Source of the DNA: Succinatimonas sp. UBA6849 | GTDB lineage: Bacteria; Pseudomonadota; Gammaproteobacteria; Enterobacterales; Succinivibrionaceae | NCBI GenBank assembly: GCA_002449335.1 | Contig: DKDL01000101.1 | Location: forward strand, 7,910 to 71,909 | Reading direction: 5' to 3' | Length of the DNA: 64,000 bases | Shown: piece after piece, positions 20,944 through 30,741 of the stretch | Layout of the letters: the number at the start of each line of letters is the position of its first letter | How positions within the stretch are numbered: the stretch's first letter is position 1 | Translations under genes and position numbers: made by a program | The notes under the pieces: generated by a model | Told to the model about the DNA's origin: nothing | The model's database searches: none | What the model saw: only the letters and a program-made list of their open reading frames with translations

Positions 20944-21101
20944 GTGAATTTAGCTGTTAGCTTTAAAGTTGTGATCAGTCATTTTAAAATTGGCTGATCT
21001 GCTTTATTTTCAATTAATTCTCATTTTTTTTATCAATAGTAGCTCAAAGTAGTCTATAAATTTATTATTTGATGTAAAACCAAAATCATCGTCAAATTAC
21101 T

Positions 21102-21130
21102 CTTGAAAACAAAAGCCTTAATCCCCATAT
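21102..21130 (+). promoter_or_regulatory. Sigma-32 (RpoH) heat-shock promoter of htpG
   Basis: CTTGAAA (21102-21108) - 14 bp - CCCCATAT (21123-21130), matching the RpoH consensus. Confidence 0.88.
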
Positions 21131-21189
21131 AGTCTTACAGATATTCAGATGCGACAAAAGCATCTTAGACTTATGGAGAATAATTAAAA

Positions 21190-23100
21190 ATGACAGCTAC
21201 TGTACATGGCTTTCAGACTCAAGTTACTAAACTTTTAGATTTACTTGCAAATTCACTTTATTCAAACAAAGAAGTATTCCTACGTGAGCTTATCTCAAAT
21301 GCATCAGATGCTATTGATAAGTTGCATTTCTTGTCATTGACCAATCAGGATTTAATCAAAGACGATCCTACCTTTAAGATCCAGATCCGTCCTGATAAAG
21401 ATGCTAAGACCTTAACCATTACCGATAACGGTATTGGTATGACCCTAGAAGAGGCAAACAATCACTTAGGTACTATTGCTGAGTCTGGTACTGAAGCTTT
21501 CATGAAGAACCTAACTGGTGATGCAAAGAAAGACTCTCAGTTAATCGGTCAGTTCGGTGTTGGTTTCTACTCAGCATTCATCGTAGCAGACAAAGTAACC
21601 GTTGTATCTCGTTCAGTTAACGCAAAGCCTGAAGAAGGTGTACGTTGGGAATCAGATGGTAATGGTACCTTTACTTCAGAGAACGTAAATGTTCCATTCC
21701 GTGGTACTCAGATCATCCTACACTTAAAGGATTCAGAAGCTGAATTCCTAGATACCTGGAAACTACGTGAGTGCATTACTAAGTACTCAGATCATATTTC
21801 AACTCCTGTAGAGCTGTACGAAGAGAAGTATGAAGCTCCTAAAGAGGGCGAGGATAAGGACGAGAAGAAAGAGCCTGAGAAGAAGTTTGAGTACACTCAG
21901 GTCAACAATGCTCAGGCTTTATGGACAAGAGCTCCAAAGGACATTAAAGCTGAAGAGTACAACGAGTTCTATAAGCATTTAAGCCATGACTATCAGGATC
22001 CTCTAACCTATGCTCATAACAAGGTTGAAGGTGATCTTGAATATACATCATTGCTATATGTTCCAAAGCAGGCTCCATGGGATTTATATAACCGTCAGAA
22101 CGAGCATGGTCTAAAGCTGTACGTTCAACGTGTATTCATTATGGATAAGGCAGAAGCTTTCTTACCAAACTACTTACGTTTCATCCGTGGTCTGGTTGAT
22201 ACTAATGCTTTACCATTGAACGTATCTCGTGAGTTATTACAGGAAACAGCTGTAACTCGTAAGTTAAAGAAAGCTTTAACCAAGCGTGTTCTAACCATGT
22301 TAGACAAGTTATCTAAGGATAAAGAGAAGTACGCTGAGTTCTACAAGCAGTTTGGTAACGTTCTAAAGGAAGGTCCTGTTGAGGATTATGACAATAAGGA
22401 TGCTATCTTAAAGCTGTTACGCTTTGCTTCAACTCACAATGAGTCATCTGTTCAGGATGTAAGCTTTGAAGACTACATCTCACGTATGAAGGAAGGTCAG
22501 GATAAGATCTACTACATTACAGCTGAGAGCTATGAGGCTGCTGTAAATTCACCTTATCTTGAGAACTTAAAGAACAAGGGTATTGAAGTTCTTCTAATGT
22601 GGGATCGTGTTGATGAGTGGTTAATGGGCAATATCACCGAGTTCTCAGGTAAAGAGTTCGTATCTGCAAATTCTCAGGACTTAAAATTAGGCAAGTTAGC
22701 TGACGAAGAAGAAAAGAAGAAGCAGGAAACTGTTGCTCAGGAAAACAAAGATCTTGTTGAGCGCTTCAAGAAAGCTTTAGGCGATAAGGTAAAGGATGTT
22801 GTTGTTTCAACTCGTCTTATCGATTCACCTTCATGCGTTATTTCTGACACCAATCGTATGATGACTATGCAGATGCGTCGTCTGCTTGAGGCTAGTGGTC
22901 AGAAACTACCTGACGAGAAGTTCACTCTTGAGATTAACCCAGAGCACAAGCTTGTTCAGAAGGCATATGCTGAGGCTGATGAATCAAGATTCTCTCAGTG
23001 GGCTGACTTAATTTATGAGCAGGCATTACTTGCAGATCAAGGCGCTCTAAAAGATCCAAGCACCTTCGTAAAGGCAATGAATACTCTGCTTTTAGGTTAA
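21190..23100 (+). CDS. htpG: Chaperone HtpG (Hsp90)
   Basis: LYSNKEVFLRELISNASDA, DNGIGM, LIGQFGVGFYS, LPLNVSRE. Confidence 0.98.
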   Translation: MTATVHGFQTQVTKLLDLLANSLYSNKEVFLRELISNASDAIDKLHFLSLTNQDLIKDDPTFKIQIRPDKDAKTLTITDNGIGMTLEEANNHLGTIAESGTEAFMKNLTGDAKKDSQLIGQFGVGFYSAFIVADKVTVVSRSVNAKPEEGVRWESDGNGTFTSENVNVPFRGTQIILHLKDSEAEFLDTWKLRECITKYSDHISTPVELYEEKYEAPKEGEDKDEKKEPEKKFEYTQVNNAQALWTRAPKDIKAEEYNEFYKHLSHDYQDPLTYAHNKVEGDLEYTSLLYVPKQAPWDLYNRQNEHGLKLYVQRVFIMDKAEAFLPNYLRFIRGLVDTNALPLNVSRELLQETAVTRKLKKALTKRVLTMLDKLSKDKEKYAEFYKQFGNVLKEGPVEDYDNKDAILKLLRFASTHNESSVQDVSFEDYISRMKEGQDKIYYITAESYEAAVNSPYLENLKNKGIEVLLMWDRVDEWLMGNITEFSGKEFVSANSQDLKLGKLADEEEKKKQETVAQENKDLVERFKKALGDKVKDVVVSTRLIDSPSCVISDTNRMMTMQMRRLLEASGQKLPDEKFTLEINPEHKLVQKAYAEADESRFSQWADLIYEQALLADQGALKDPSTFVKAMNTLLLG

Positions 23101-23150
23101 TAAAGTTAATTTTGGAGCTGATACACTCTTTGATATTAGCTCCTAATTTT

Positions 23151-23176
23151 AAAGGAGATCTGATGATCTCCTTTTT
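23151..23176 (+). terminator. Terminator after htpG
   Basis: AAAGGAGATC-tgat-GATCTCCTTTTT. Confidence 0.75.
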
Positions 23177-23331
23177 CATTTCTTACGCTTTATTAAAATC
23201 CATTCTTACAATTTACATTTCTTAACTTCTCTTTAACAAATTTGCTTAATAAGCTCATCTTGATTTAACAGACTCTACTTAACATAAACAACGTGCAATG
23301 GGCACAGAGAAATAAATTTAAGAGAGTAAAA

Positions 23332-24453
23332 ATGAAAAAGTCATTATTAGCTTTAGCAGTTTTAGCTACAACAGTTTCAGCAAATGCAGCAACAGTTTAC
23401 GAAAAAGATGGTGTGTCATTAAAGGCAGATGGTCGTGTACAGGCTGTAATTTACAATGGCGCTAACAAATTAGCAGGTGAGAGTGATTCTACTTTGCAGA
23501 ACTCAGCTCGTTTTGGTATTGGCGGTTCTACTAAAGTTGGTATCGTAAAATTAACCGGTTACTCACAGTGGGATATGGCTGATGGTAACTCAAAAGTAGG
23601 TAACGGTATTAAAGGTCGTGATCAGTTCGTTCAGGCTGATATCGATAACTTTGGTGGCTTCAAAGCTGGTCGCTTTAAGGGTGCAATCAATTATGTTCAG
23701 TCAACAACTGATATTTTTGATGATTACGGTGATAATGCAATTACCGCTAACGATGAGCGTAACTCAGGCCGTATTGAGTATGCATTCTCAACTAACGGTT
23801 TTGATTTAAAGTTAGGTTATTTAACCGCTAACGATTCTTACAAGTTAGAGCAGGGTTTTAAGTCTCACAAAACTGTAGCTGTTAACGATGGTGCTTCAAT
23901 TGCAGCAGGTTATACCTTCGATAATGTAGGTTTTGGTCCATTATCAATTCGTGCAGGTTATGAGTTAATCAATGCTCAGAATGACAATCATTTAGATGAG
24001 AATGGTTTTGCTGTATATGCAACAGATCTTGATAAAGTAAATACATACTCTGTAGGTGCTTTATGGGGCGATTTAGCTCAGGGTTTCTATACAGGTTTAG
24101 TTTATAACAACCGTACCTTCAAGTTCCGTGAGGCTAATGCTGAAGACTTAAAGACTAAGGGCTTTGAGTGGGTGGTAGCATACACCTTAGAGTGTGGAGT
24201 AAGCTTCAGAACCGGTTACAACGTAATTAACTTCAGCCGTGATGCTAAATACGGTAAGGATATCGATTTTACCCAGAAATCAATCCCTGCTTACATCAAC
24301 TATCAGGTAACTCCAAACTTCAATGTATGGACAGAAGCTCGTTTTGATGTAACTAACGAAGACGATTTAGCAGGTATCAATAAGTACAAGATCAATGCTT
24401 CTTATACCTCAGATAAGAACTTTGCAAGCTTAGGTGCTCGTTATACTTTCTAA
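23332..24453 (+). CDS. Outer-membrane porin (OmpU/OmpF-like)
   Basis: MKKSLLALAV..SANAATVY signal; beta-strand pattern; C-terminal GARYTF; ATG at 23332 preferred over the upstream GTG. Confidence 0.9.
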   Translation: MKKSLLALAVLATTVSANAATVYEKDGVSLKADGRVQAVIYNGANKLAGESDSTLQNSARFGIGGSTKVGIVKLTGYSQWDMADGNSKVGNGIKGRDQFVQADIDNFGGFKAGRFKGAINYVQSTTDIFDDYGDNAITANDERNSGRIEYAFSTNGFDLKLGYLTANDSYKLEQGFKSHKTVAVNDGASIAAGYTFDNVGFGPLSIRAGYELINAQNDNHLDENGFAVYATDLDKVNTYSVGALWGDLAQGFYTGLVYNNRTFKFREANAEDLKTKGFEWVVAYTLECGVSFRTGYNVINFSRDAKYGKDIDFTQKSIPAYINYQVTPNFNVWTEARFDVTNEDDLAGINKYKINASYTSDKNFASLGARYTF

Positions 24454-24493
24454 CTAAAAGATTTGATATTGATTAGATAGATAATCCCTCTTT

Positions 24494-24520
24494 TCCTGCC
24501 TAGAATGGCAGGATTTTTTT
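24494..24520 (+). terminator. Terminator after porin
   Basis: TCCTGCC-tagaat-GGCAGGA followed by T7. Confidence 0.8.
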
Positions 24521-24531
24521 CTTCAGTTTTT

Positions 24532-25053
24532 TTACTTAACAAGACTAGATGCTCTGTAAAATGCCTTGCTAAAGCCTGAAAGGCTGAAATACAGATCAAA
24601 ATCTCCAATCTTGAAATTAACTTCATTACCTTTTTTAAACTGACTTATGAGCTCATCATTTTTGTTTTGTGGTACAAAGCATTCATGTAAAGTTTCATCT
24701 TCAGCACACTTAGCTTCAAAGTTAATGCTGTATTTATTATCAACAGCAATGGACATATCAACTAAGTAGTACTTAGGTTCCATGCCTTTGTCAGGTACAT
24801 CTTTAGTTCTAATAATTTCAATTAGATAAAGCTCAGGACTTAAAAAGTCCAGAAAGATCCCCACATTGTTTTGAGTGTATTTTGACCCCAGTCTTGCTGT
24901 TTTTTGTCCATCAATGACAAATGATCCTGTTATCCATTCGCCATGTTCTCTTACATTAGAAAAAACACCATTACCAGCAAAACAAGACTGATGAAGTGTA
25001 AAGACTGCTATTGAAATGAGAGTGAACTTTTTTAGTAATTTTGAGCTCGTCAT
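24532..25053 (-). CDS. Secreted hypothetical protein, possibly IalB-like
   Basis: Signal peptide from ATG 25053; HGEW near the N-terminus and LISQFKKG...FSLSGFSKA at the C-terminus resemble invasion-associated-locus-B-type proteins. Confidence 0.5.
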   Translation of the reverse strand: MTSSKLLKKFTLISIAVFTLHQSCFAGNGVFSNVREHGEWITGSFVIDGQKTARLGSKYTQNNVGIFLDFLSPELYLIEIIRTKDVPDKGMEPKYYLVDMSIAVDNKYSINFEAKCAEDETLHECFVPQNKNDELISQFKKGNEVNFKIGDFDLYFSLSGFSKAFYRASSLVK

Positions 25054-25207
25054 AGAGTAAACCTTAATACCATCATCTACGATTTTTGTAACAGAACAAG
25101 TAAAAGGCAAGTGGAAACGTAAGAGTATGAGAGTGGTATCCCAATATTTAGTCTTTTGTCTGTAGTTTTTTATTTAATATCAAGAACTTTTTTGGGAGGA
25201 ATAAAAG

Positions 25208-25305
25208 ACAATTACACATTATTAATTTTAAATTTAATGTGTGATTGTAAAATTATTGTCATTGACAATGACACATTATTTACATATTATTTAATGTGTC
25301 GTTGT
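25208..25305 (+). promoter_or_regulatory. abiE promoter with two inverted-repeat operators
   Basis: IR1 ACAATTACACATTA-13-TAATGTGTGATTGT (25208-25248); IR2 ACAATGACACATTA-13-TAATGTGTCGTTGT (25265-25305); TTGACA (25262) -17- TATTAT (25285) overlaps IR2. Confidence 0.85.
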
Positions 25306-25319
25306 ATATAGGTAATAAA

Positions 25320-25913
25320 ATGTCATTAGATGAAAAAATAAAAAAGCTTCTTGAATCATCAGATGATGGAACGATCTCAACATCTCAGGTAACAGCCGCA
25401 GGTCTTCACCGAAGCGTATTAAGATCTCTTGTAGAGAGAGGAGAAATATACAGATTTGGAAGAGGTCTATATGTAAAAAGTAGTTCTTGGGAAGATGATT
25501 TTTACCTATTGCAACGAAAATATAGTAGAGGCATTTATTCTCATGATACAGCTTTATATTTATTGGGATTCTCTGAGAGAGCTCCTGTTAAATACACTAT
25601 GACCTTTCCTAAAGGATACAATGCACCTTCTCTAAAAAATGAGAATTTGGTTATCAAAAGAGTTGTTCCAGAAAATTATGATTTAGGAATAATTGAATTT
25701 GAATCTCCTTCTAGGAATCTTATACATATTTATGATTTAGAGAGAACTCTATGTGACATTCTTAGAGGTAAAGGAAGTGATATTCAAATTATTAATTATG
25801 CTATGAAAATGTATGCAAAATCTAAGGTTAAGAATATTCACAAATTGATGAAGTATGCAGTGCAGTTAAGAGTAAAGCCAAAGATCTTGCACTATATGGA
25901 GGTTTTGCTTTGA
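25320..25913 (+). CDS. abiEi: Type IV TA antitoxin AbiEi (wHTH)
   Basis: N-terminal wHTH (L..LV.RG.I.R.GRGLY), IYSHDTALYL.G.S, YDLERT.CD; overlaps the abiEii start. Confidence 0.88.
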   Translation: MSLDEKIKKLLESSDDGTISTSQVTAAGLHRSVLRSLVERGEIYRFGRGLYVKSSSWEDDFYLLQRKYSRGIYSHDTALYLLGFSERAPVKYTMTFPKGYNAPSLKNENLVIKRVVPENYDLGIIEFESPSRNLIHIYDLERTLCDILRGKGSDIQIINYAMKMYAKSKVKNIHKLMKYAVQLRVKPKILHYMEVLL

Positions 25914-26755
25914 TCACAAATAACCCAATGCAATTAAAAGCTTACATAAAGAAAATAGCCGTTGAGAAAAACATATCAGCGCAGCAGGTCATGCAAAACT
26001 ATATGTTAGAACGCTTACTTGAGAGAATTTCTCTTTCGGAATTTAAGTATAATTTTATTTTTAAGGGGGGCTTTCTAATTTCAGCAATTGTTGGCCTAGA
26101 CTATCGATCTACTATGGATCTAGATACAACAGTTAAAGGGTTTACCTTAACAAAAGAAAAAATCCTAGGGATTTTTAATGAAATATGCAAAATTAAAATT
26201 CTCGACGACATTATGTTTGAGGTTGTAAAAGTAGTTGATATCAGAGAAACTGATGATTATCCTGGACTTAGAGTTTCACTCAAAGCAAATTATTATCCTA
26301 TAAGTGTTCCTATTACAGTAGATGTTACAACAGGTGATGTGATAACACCTCGTGAGATTGAATTTTCATATCCTTTACTATTTTCAGATCGTACTCTAAA
26401 AATTCTTTCTTATAACTTAGAAACTGTTTTGGCTGAAAAAATTGAAACAGTGCTTTCACGTAATGTTGCTAGCACTAGACCAAGAGATTTTTATGATATC
26501 TATATTCTTTATTCGTTACGTAAACATGAATGTAAAAAGAGTGTTTTACTATCTGCTCTAAAAAAAACTGCGAATAAACGCAATAGTTCAGTTTATTTGA
26601 TAGATTACAAAGAAATTATACAAGAAATTCGTAGTAGCAAAGAACTTAAAGCAAGATGGAAAAACTATAGATTATCGTATGATTATGCTAAAGATATTTC
26701 TTTTGAAGATACATGTAATGTTATCCAGTTAATTATGGATGATATTGAATTATAA
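25910..26755 (+). CDS. abiEii: Type IV TA toxin AbiEii (nucleotidyltransferase)
   Basis: LERLLERIS, FKGG, RSTMDLD, LAEK, TRPRDFYD motifs; TTG start overlapping the abiEi stop. Confidence 0.9.
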   Translation: MITNNPMQLKAYIKKIAVEKNISAQQVMQNYMLERLLERISLSEFKYNFIFKGGFLISAIVGLDYRSTMDLDTTVKGFTLTKEKILGIFNEICKIKILDDIMFEVVKVVDIRETDDYPGLRVSLKANYYPISVPITVDVTTGDVITPREIEFSYPLLFSDRTLKILSYNLETVLAEKIETVLSRNVASTRPRDFYDIYILYSLRKHECKKSVLLSALKKTANKRNSSVYLIDYKEIIQEIRSSKELKARWKNYRLSYDYAKDISFEDTCNVIQLIMDDIEL

Positions 26756-26790
26756 AATTGTAGACCTTTAAAATAACTCTTGAAAACAAT

Positions 26791-26822
26791 AAACCTGCCC
26801 GTCTAAAAAGAAGGGCAGGTTT
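26791..26822. terminator. Bidirectional terminator after abiEii
   Basis: AAACCTGCCC...GGGCAGGTTT. Confidence 0.75.
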
Positions 26823-26833
26823 AGGAATTTATA

Positions 26834-28426
26834 GGTTCAGTCCTAAAAACTGTGGGATCTTTGATCAATCATCTTCCAAAGATCTCCACCTTTGTCTTGA
26901 GGCATCAAACAGTTTAAGAAAGAAATACTCATCATCAGGTAGACCATAACTCTTCCTTCTGATGGTCTTGATCTTCTGGTTGACGCCTTCAACTTTTCCG
27001 TTAGATAACGGATATTTTGCGTGACTGACTATGCCATCAAAATGATCCTTCAGAAGCTTTCCAAACCATTGGAAATGCTCATTTTCAGAGTCTTCACAGA
27101 ACTTGATGATATATTCAATCTTAGCTTTCATTCTGTCAGTAGTGTTCTCTCTGTATGCAGCTTCAATAGCCTCTTTTAGAAAGTCTAAGCTGAACAGAAG
27201 CTCATTCTGACAGAGCAGAGTGTAATACCTACCAAGCTGATTGCCTGTCTGCTCTACAGATTCTTTTTTAAAGAGCTCAGAGCCTTTTGAAATCTCTTTA
27301 CCTAAAAAGGCGTCATTATCTTTGGTTCTAAGTGTTGCCTTTTTAGACGTAAGGATATATTTACATCCCTTAAGAGCTTTAGCTCCTTCTATATCACCTG
27401 CTTCAATGAGTCTTTTCTGCTCATCCTTACGTACTTGTGATACCACCTTGTCATTAAAGTTCTTAACAATATGGAAGTAATCATAAACTATCTTCAGGTG
27501 AGGACATTTCTCTTTAAATGCTTCCTCAAAGTCAGAGTTCATATCTGATGATACAGCCTCTACCTTAGACATCCATTCAAGACCTACGTGCTCTATAAAG
27601 TCATAGACAACCTTTTTCTTTTTACCAGCCTGCAACCACAGAATACAGCCAGTCTCCATATTCATGATAAGCGTTGCATAGCGATAGCCATCATGCAGCT
27701 TAAACTCGTCTATACCAAGGTATCTTGCCTGTGTTTCAGGTTTTATTAAAGCTCTGTGTCCTTTTTTATCTACAGTGACATATAAAGCTTCAAGCCTTGC
27801 CTTATCTATGTCTTTGACAACATTCTTATGCAGTCCTGTAATATGAGCCACTTCCTTTAAGGTCATACCGTAAGCTAGCAGTGTTTCAGCATATTCCCTT
27901 AAAGGCTCTGTCAACAGATGTTCTTTGCTTTTGAATGGAATATCTGTGATTTCACTGTATTCACAGTTCTCATTAGAACATCTGTACCTGTATCGCTGAA
28001 CCGATACCGCACTGTATTTACCGCCCATAGGTATATGCCTTAGGCTGGTAGTACAAAGTCCGTTCTTATGTAAGATAGCTCCACATTTAGGACAAATCCT
28101 GGGCTTGTCTGATTTATCATCATAAAAGCCATTTAGATGATATTCGTAAGTCTTGTGTTTATAGGGCTTTTGCTTTGTTCCTATATTACGTATTACAGGT
28201 TCAGTCTTAAAATAAAGCTGCTTAAAGTTTGTTAAACCTGAAGGAATTGCAACAATTCCTTCTTCAATATTAACTTTTACGTATTCTGGTGCTTGATCTA
28301 ACTGTGCATTATAAGTACTATTCATTTGGGTCTCGTGTATTGGTTTTTGTTGTTAAAAACATTATACATTGAGACCCTTTTTATTTCTTAACTTTCACCT
28401 AATCCCACAATTTTCTGTACTGACCC
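26834..28426 (-). mobile_element. ISL3-family insertion sequence (1593 bp)
   Basis: Imperfect terminal IRs GGTTCAGTCCTAAAAACTGTGGGAT / GGGTCAGTACAGAAAATTGTGGGAT (20/25); 8-bp direct repeat AATTTATA at 26826-26833 and 28427-28434. Confidence 0.92.
26865..28325 (-). CDS. ISL3-family DDE transposase
   Basis: CPKCG...RYRC zinc finger, LGIDEF, SSDM, VYDYFHIVK, SNGKVEGVNQKIK. Confidence 0.95.
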   Translation of the reverse strand: MNSTYNAQLDQAPEYVKVNIEEGIVAIPSGLTNFKQLYFKTEPVIRNIGTKQKPYKHKTYEYHLNGFYDDKSDKPRICPKCGAILHKNGLCTTSLRHIPMGGKYSAVSVQRYRYRCSNENCEYSEITDIPFKSKEHLLTEPLREYAETLLAYGMTLKEVAHITGLHKNVVKDIDKARLEALYVTVDKKGHRALIKPETQARYLGIDEFKLHDGYRYATLIMNMETGCILWLQAGKKKKVVYDFIEHVGLEWMSKVEAVSSDMNSDFEEAFKEKCPHLKIVYDYFHIVKNFNDKVVSQVRKDEQKRLIEAGDIEGAKALKGCKYILTSKKATLRTKDNDAFLGKEISKGSELFKKESVEQTGNQLGRYYTLLCQNELLFSLDFLKEAIEAAYRENTTDRMKAKIEYIIKFCEDSENEHFQWFGKLLKDHFDGIVSHAKYPLSNGKVEGVNQKIKTIRRKSYGLPDDEYFFLKLFDASRQRWRSLEDD

Positions 28427-28447
28427 AATTTATATAGTTAAGACTTT

Positions 28448-29731
28448 TTATTCCTGAATCTCAGGTAACTTATCTTTAACTTCCTTGTTTACGATGTTTG
28501 CAACACAAGAATCTGACCAAACATTTAATGCAGTTTCAATCATATCAATTACAGCATATACAGGAAGAATAATACCCATTAGAGCTACTGGAACGTTCAT
28601 TGATGATACTAATGAAAGTGTTAAGAAGTAGCAACCCATAGGAACACCTGCGTTACCAACAGCAGCGAAGGTAGCGATAAAGATCCAAGCTACGATAGTA
28701 CCAAAACCAATATCAATACCTGCATTCTGTAACAGATAGATAGAGGTGATAAGAATGAATGCTGCGCAACCGTTCATGTTGATGGTGGTGCAGATTGGTA
28801 GTACGAAACGTGAAACTCTCTTGTCTACCTTTAAGTTATCTTCAGCTGAAGCGATAGTAACTGGCAGTGTACCTGCTGATGACTTTGAGAATAAAGCTAC
28901 AGCTAAAGCAGGTAACATACCACGAGCAATCTTTAATGGGTTTAAACCTCTTAAGAGTAGGATTGCAGGTAAGATGATGAACATCTGAATTAAGTTTGAG
29001 CCGATAACAGCACCAAAGTATGATGCGATACCACCGATGATTACACCTGCTTCTAACTGAGCTACTAACTGAGCTGTGAAAGCTAAGATACCGATAGGTA
29101 AGATCCTAATTAACCAGTGAATCAGTACGAATAACAGATCCTGGAAACCGATGATGAAATTTACAAGAGTGTGTTTAGTATCTGACTCTGGTAATGAAGC
29201 AATACCAAGACCGAAAGCTGCTGCAACTAATAAGATTGACAGAACGTTACCTGCAACAAATGGTTGTAATAAGTTGTTAGGAATGATGTTCTGAATGTGC
29301 TGTAAGTATGATAAAGACTCATACTGTGATACAGCAGCTGCAGCAGATTCACTAGGATTGGTTACGTTAGCAGGAGCAATGTAAGTAAATAGAATTGCAC
29401 CAACTAAGGCTGCCAAGATTGTGGTTAATAAGGTATAGAAAATGGTGTGACCGAAAATAGTACCACCTTTAGAACCTTTTGATAACTTAGCTAAGGTTGA
29501 GATCAAGCTTACTGCAATTACAGGTACAGCTACGAAGCTGAATAATCTTGTGAATACAGTTGCAATGAAGTTGAAAATATCATTTAAGGTTTCATTTCCA
29601 AGGTAACCTAAAATGGCACCAATAATCAGTGCACCGATGTAAAGAACAGCAGTAATTATTCTGCTCTTCTTACTAATTGAGGCATAGGCAGTGTTTGTAG
29701 CCTCATTGATTCTCTGTGAATTCTCTGACAT
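28448..29731 (-). CDS. Dicarboxylate/amino acid:cation symporter (DAACS)
   Basis: SKSSAGTLP, TTINMNG, AVGNAGVP, DMIETALNVWSD. Confidence 0.92.
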   Translation of the reverse strand: MSENSQRINEATNTAYASISKKSRIITAVLYIGALIIGAILGYLGNETLNDIFNFIATVFTRLFSFVAVPVIAVSLISTLAKLSKGSKGGTIFGHTIFYTLLTTILAALVGAILFTYIAPANVTNPSESAAAAVSQYESLSYLQHIQNIIPNNLLQPFVAGNVLSILLVAAAFGLGIASLPESDTKHTLVNFIIGFQDLLFVLIHWLIRILPIGILAFTAQLVAQLEAGVIIGGIASYFGAVIGSNLIQMFIILPAILLLRGLNPLKIARGMLPALAVALFSKSSAGTLPVTIASAEDNLKVDKRVSRFVLPICTTINMNGCAAFILITSIYLLQNAGIDIGFGTIVAWIFIATFAAVGNAGVPMGCYFLTLSLVSSMNVPVALMGIILPVYAVIDMIETALNVWSDSCVANIVNKEVKDKLPEIQE

Positions 29732-29808
29732 AAATCATCCTATTGTTAACGTTATATGCTTTGATGTCGTGTGGGTAATTACTTCCCACCGGCATCTTTA
29801 TTATTAAA

Positions 29809-30741
29809 TTAGTCTTGATGATATAAAGCTGTTGATAAGTATCTATCACCGTTATCAGGAAGAATAACCACGATGGTTTTTCCTTCGTTCTCAGGACGCT
29901 GTGCTAATTGTAAAGCACCTGTTAGGGCTGCACCTGAGGAAATACCGATGAATAGACCTTCATTTTGAGCTAATAGACGACCGTTGTTAAAGGCATCCTC
30001 ATCCTTGACACCAATGATCTCATCTACAACAGACTTGTCGTAAACACCTGGAATGAAACCTGCTGAGATACCCTGGATCTTGTGAGGACCTGGCTTACCA
30101 CCTGATAAAACAGGGGAAGCTGCTGCTTCTACAGCTACAACTTTGATATCTTTATTTTTTTCTTTTAAGAATTTACCTGTACCTGATACTGTACCACCAG
30201 AACCTACCGCTGATACAAAAATGTCTACCTTACCTTCGGTATCTTTGTAAATCTCAGGACCTGTTGTCTCGTAATGAGCTTTTGAGTTTGCCTGATTTTC
30301 AAACTGCTGTGGAATAAAGGTGTTTGATGATGCCTTTGCTAATTCCTGAGCTTTCTCAATAGCACCTTTCATGCCTTTAGCACCTTCAGTTAAAACCAAA
30401 TTAGCGCCATATGCTTTTAAGATATTGCGTCTTTCAACTGACATTGTCTCAGGTAAAACTAGAGTAACTGACAGACCAAAAGCTGCACCTACTAAAGCTA
30501 AACCGATACCGGTATTACCAGATGTAGGCTCAATGATCTTAGTGTCTTTATTGATTTTGCCTGAATCTAAAGCATCTTTAATCATGTAATAAGCTGCTCT
30601 ATCTTTTACAGAGCCTGATGGATTCATAGCTTCGAACTTAGCTAAGATCTTTGCTTTTAAATTTAGCTTTTTTTCAAGATTGGATAATTCAACTAATGGG
30701 GTATTACCGATTAGTTCAACTACTGACTTATATACTGCCAT
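29809..30741 (-). CDS. cysK: Cysteine synthase A
   Basis: IGNTPLV, NPSGSVKDR, EPTSGNTGIG, PHKIQG, DRYLST. Confidence 0.96.
   Translation of the reverse strand: MAVYKSVVELIGNTPLVELSNLEKKLNLKAKILAKFEAMNPSGSVKDRAAYYMIKDALDSGKINKDTKIIEPTSGNTGIGLALVGAAFGLSVTLVLPETMSVERRNILKAYGANLVLTEGAKGMKGAIEKAQELAKASSNTFIPQQFENQANSKAHYETTGPEIYKDTEGKVDIFVSAVGSGGTVSGTGKFLKEKNKDIKVVAVEAAASPVLSGGKPGPHKIQGISAGFIPGVYDKSVVDEIIGVKDEDAFNNGRLLAQNEGLFIGISSGAALTGALQLAQRPENEGKTIVVILPDNGDRYLSTALYHQD

Noticed and set aside
23293..25319. Upstream GTG/TTG starts given for the porin (23293), 24532-25110 ORF (25110) and abiEi (25296)
   Set aside because: Downstream ATGs give proper signal peptides or SD spacing; the abiEi GTG lies inside the operator/promoter
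21094..26789. 18/19-bp direct repeat AAAT(T/A)ACTCTTGAAAACAA at 21094-21112 and 26771-26789, each downstream of a TA cassette; possible att sites or a second sigma-32 promoter
   Set aside because: The second copy lacks the CCCCAT -10 box, no integrase is present, the enclosed segment contains core genes, and such a match can arise by chance in AT-rich DNA of this length
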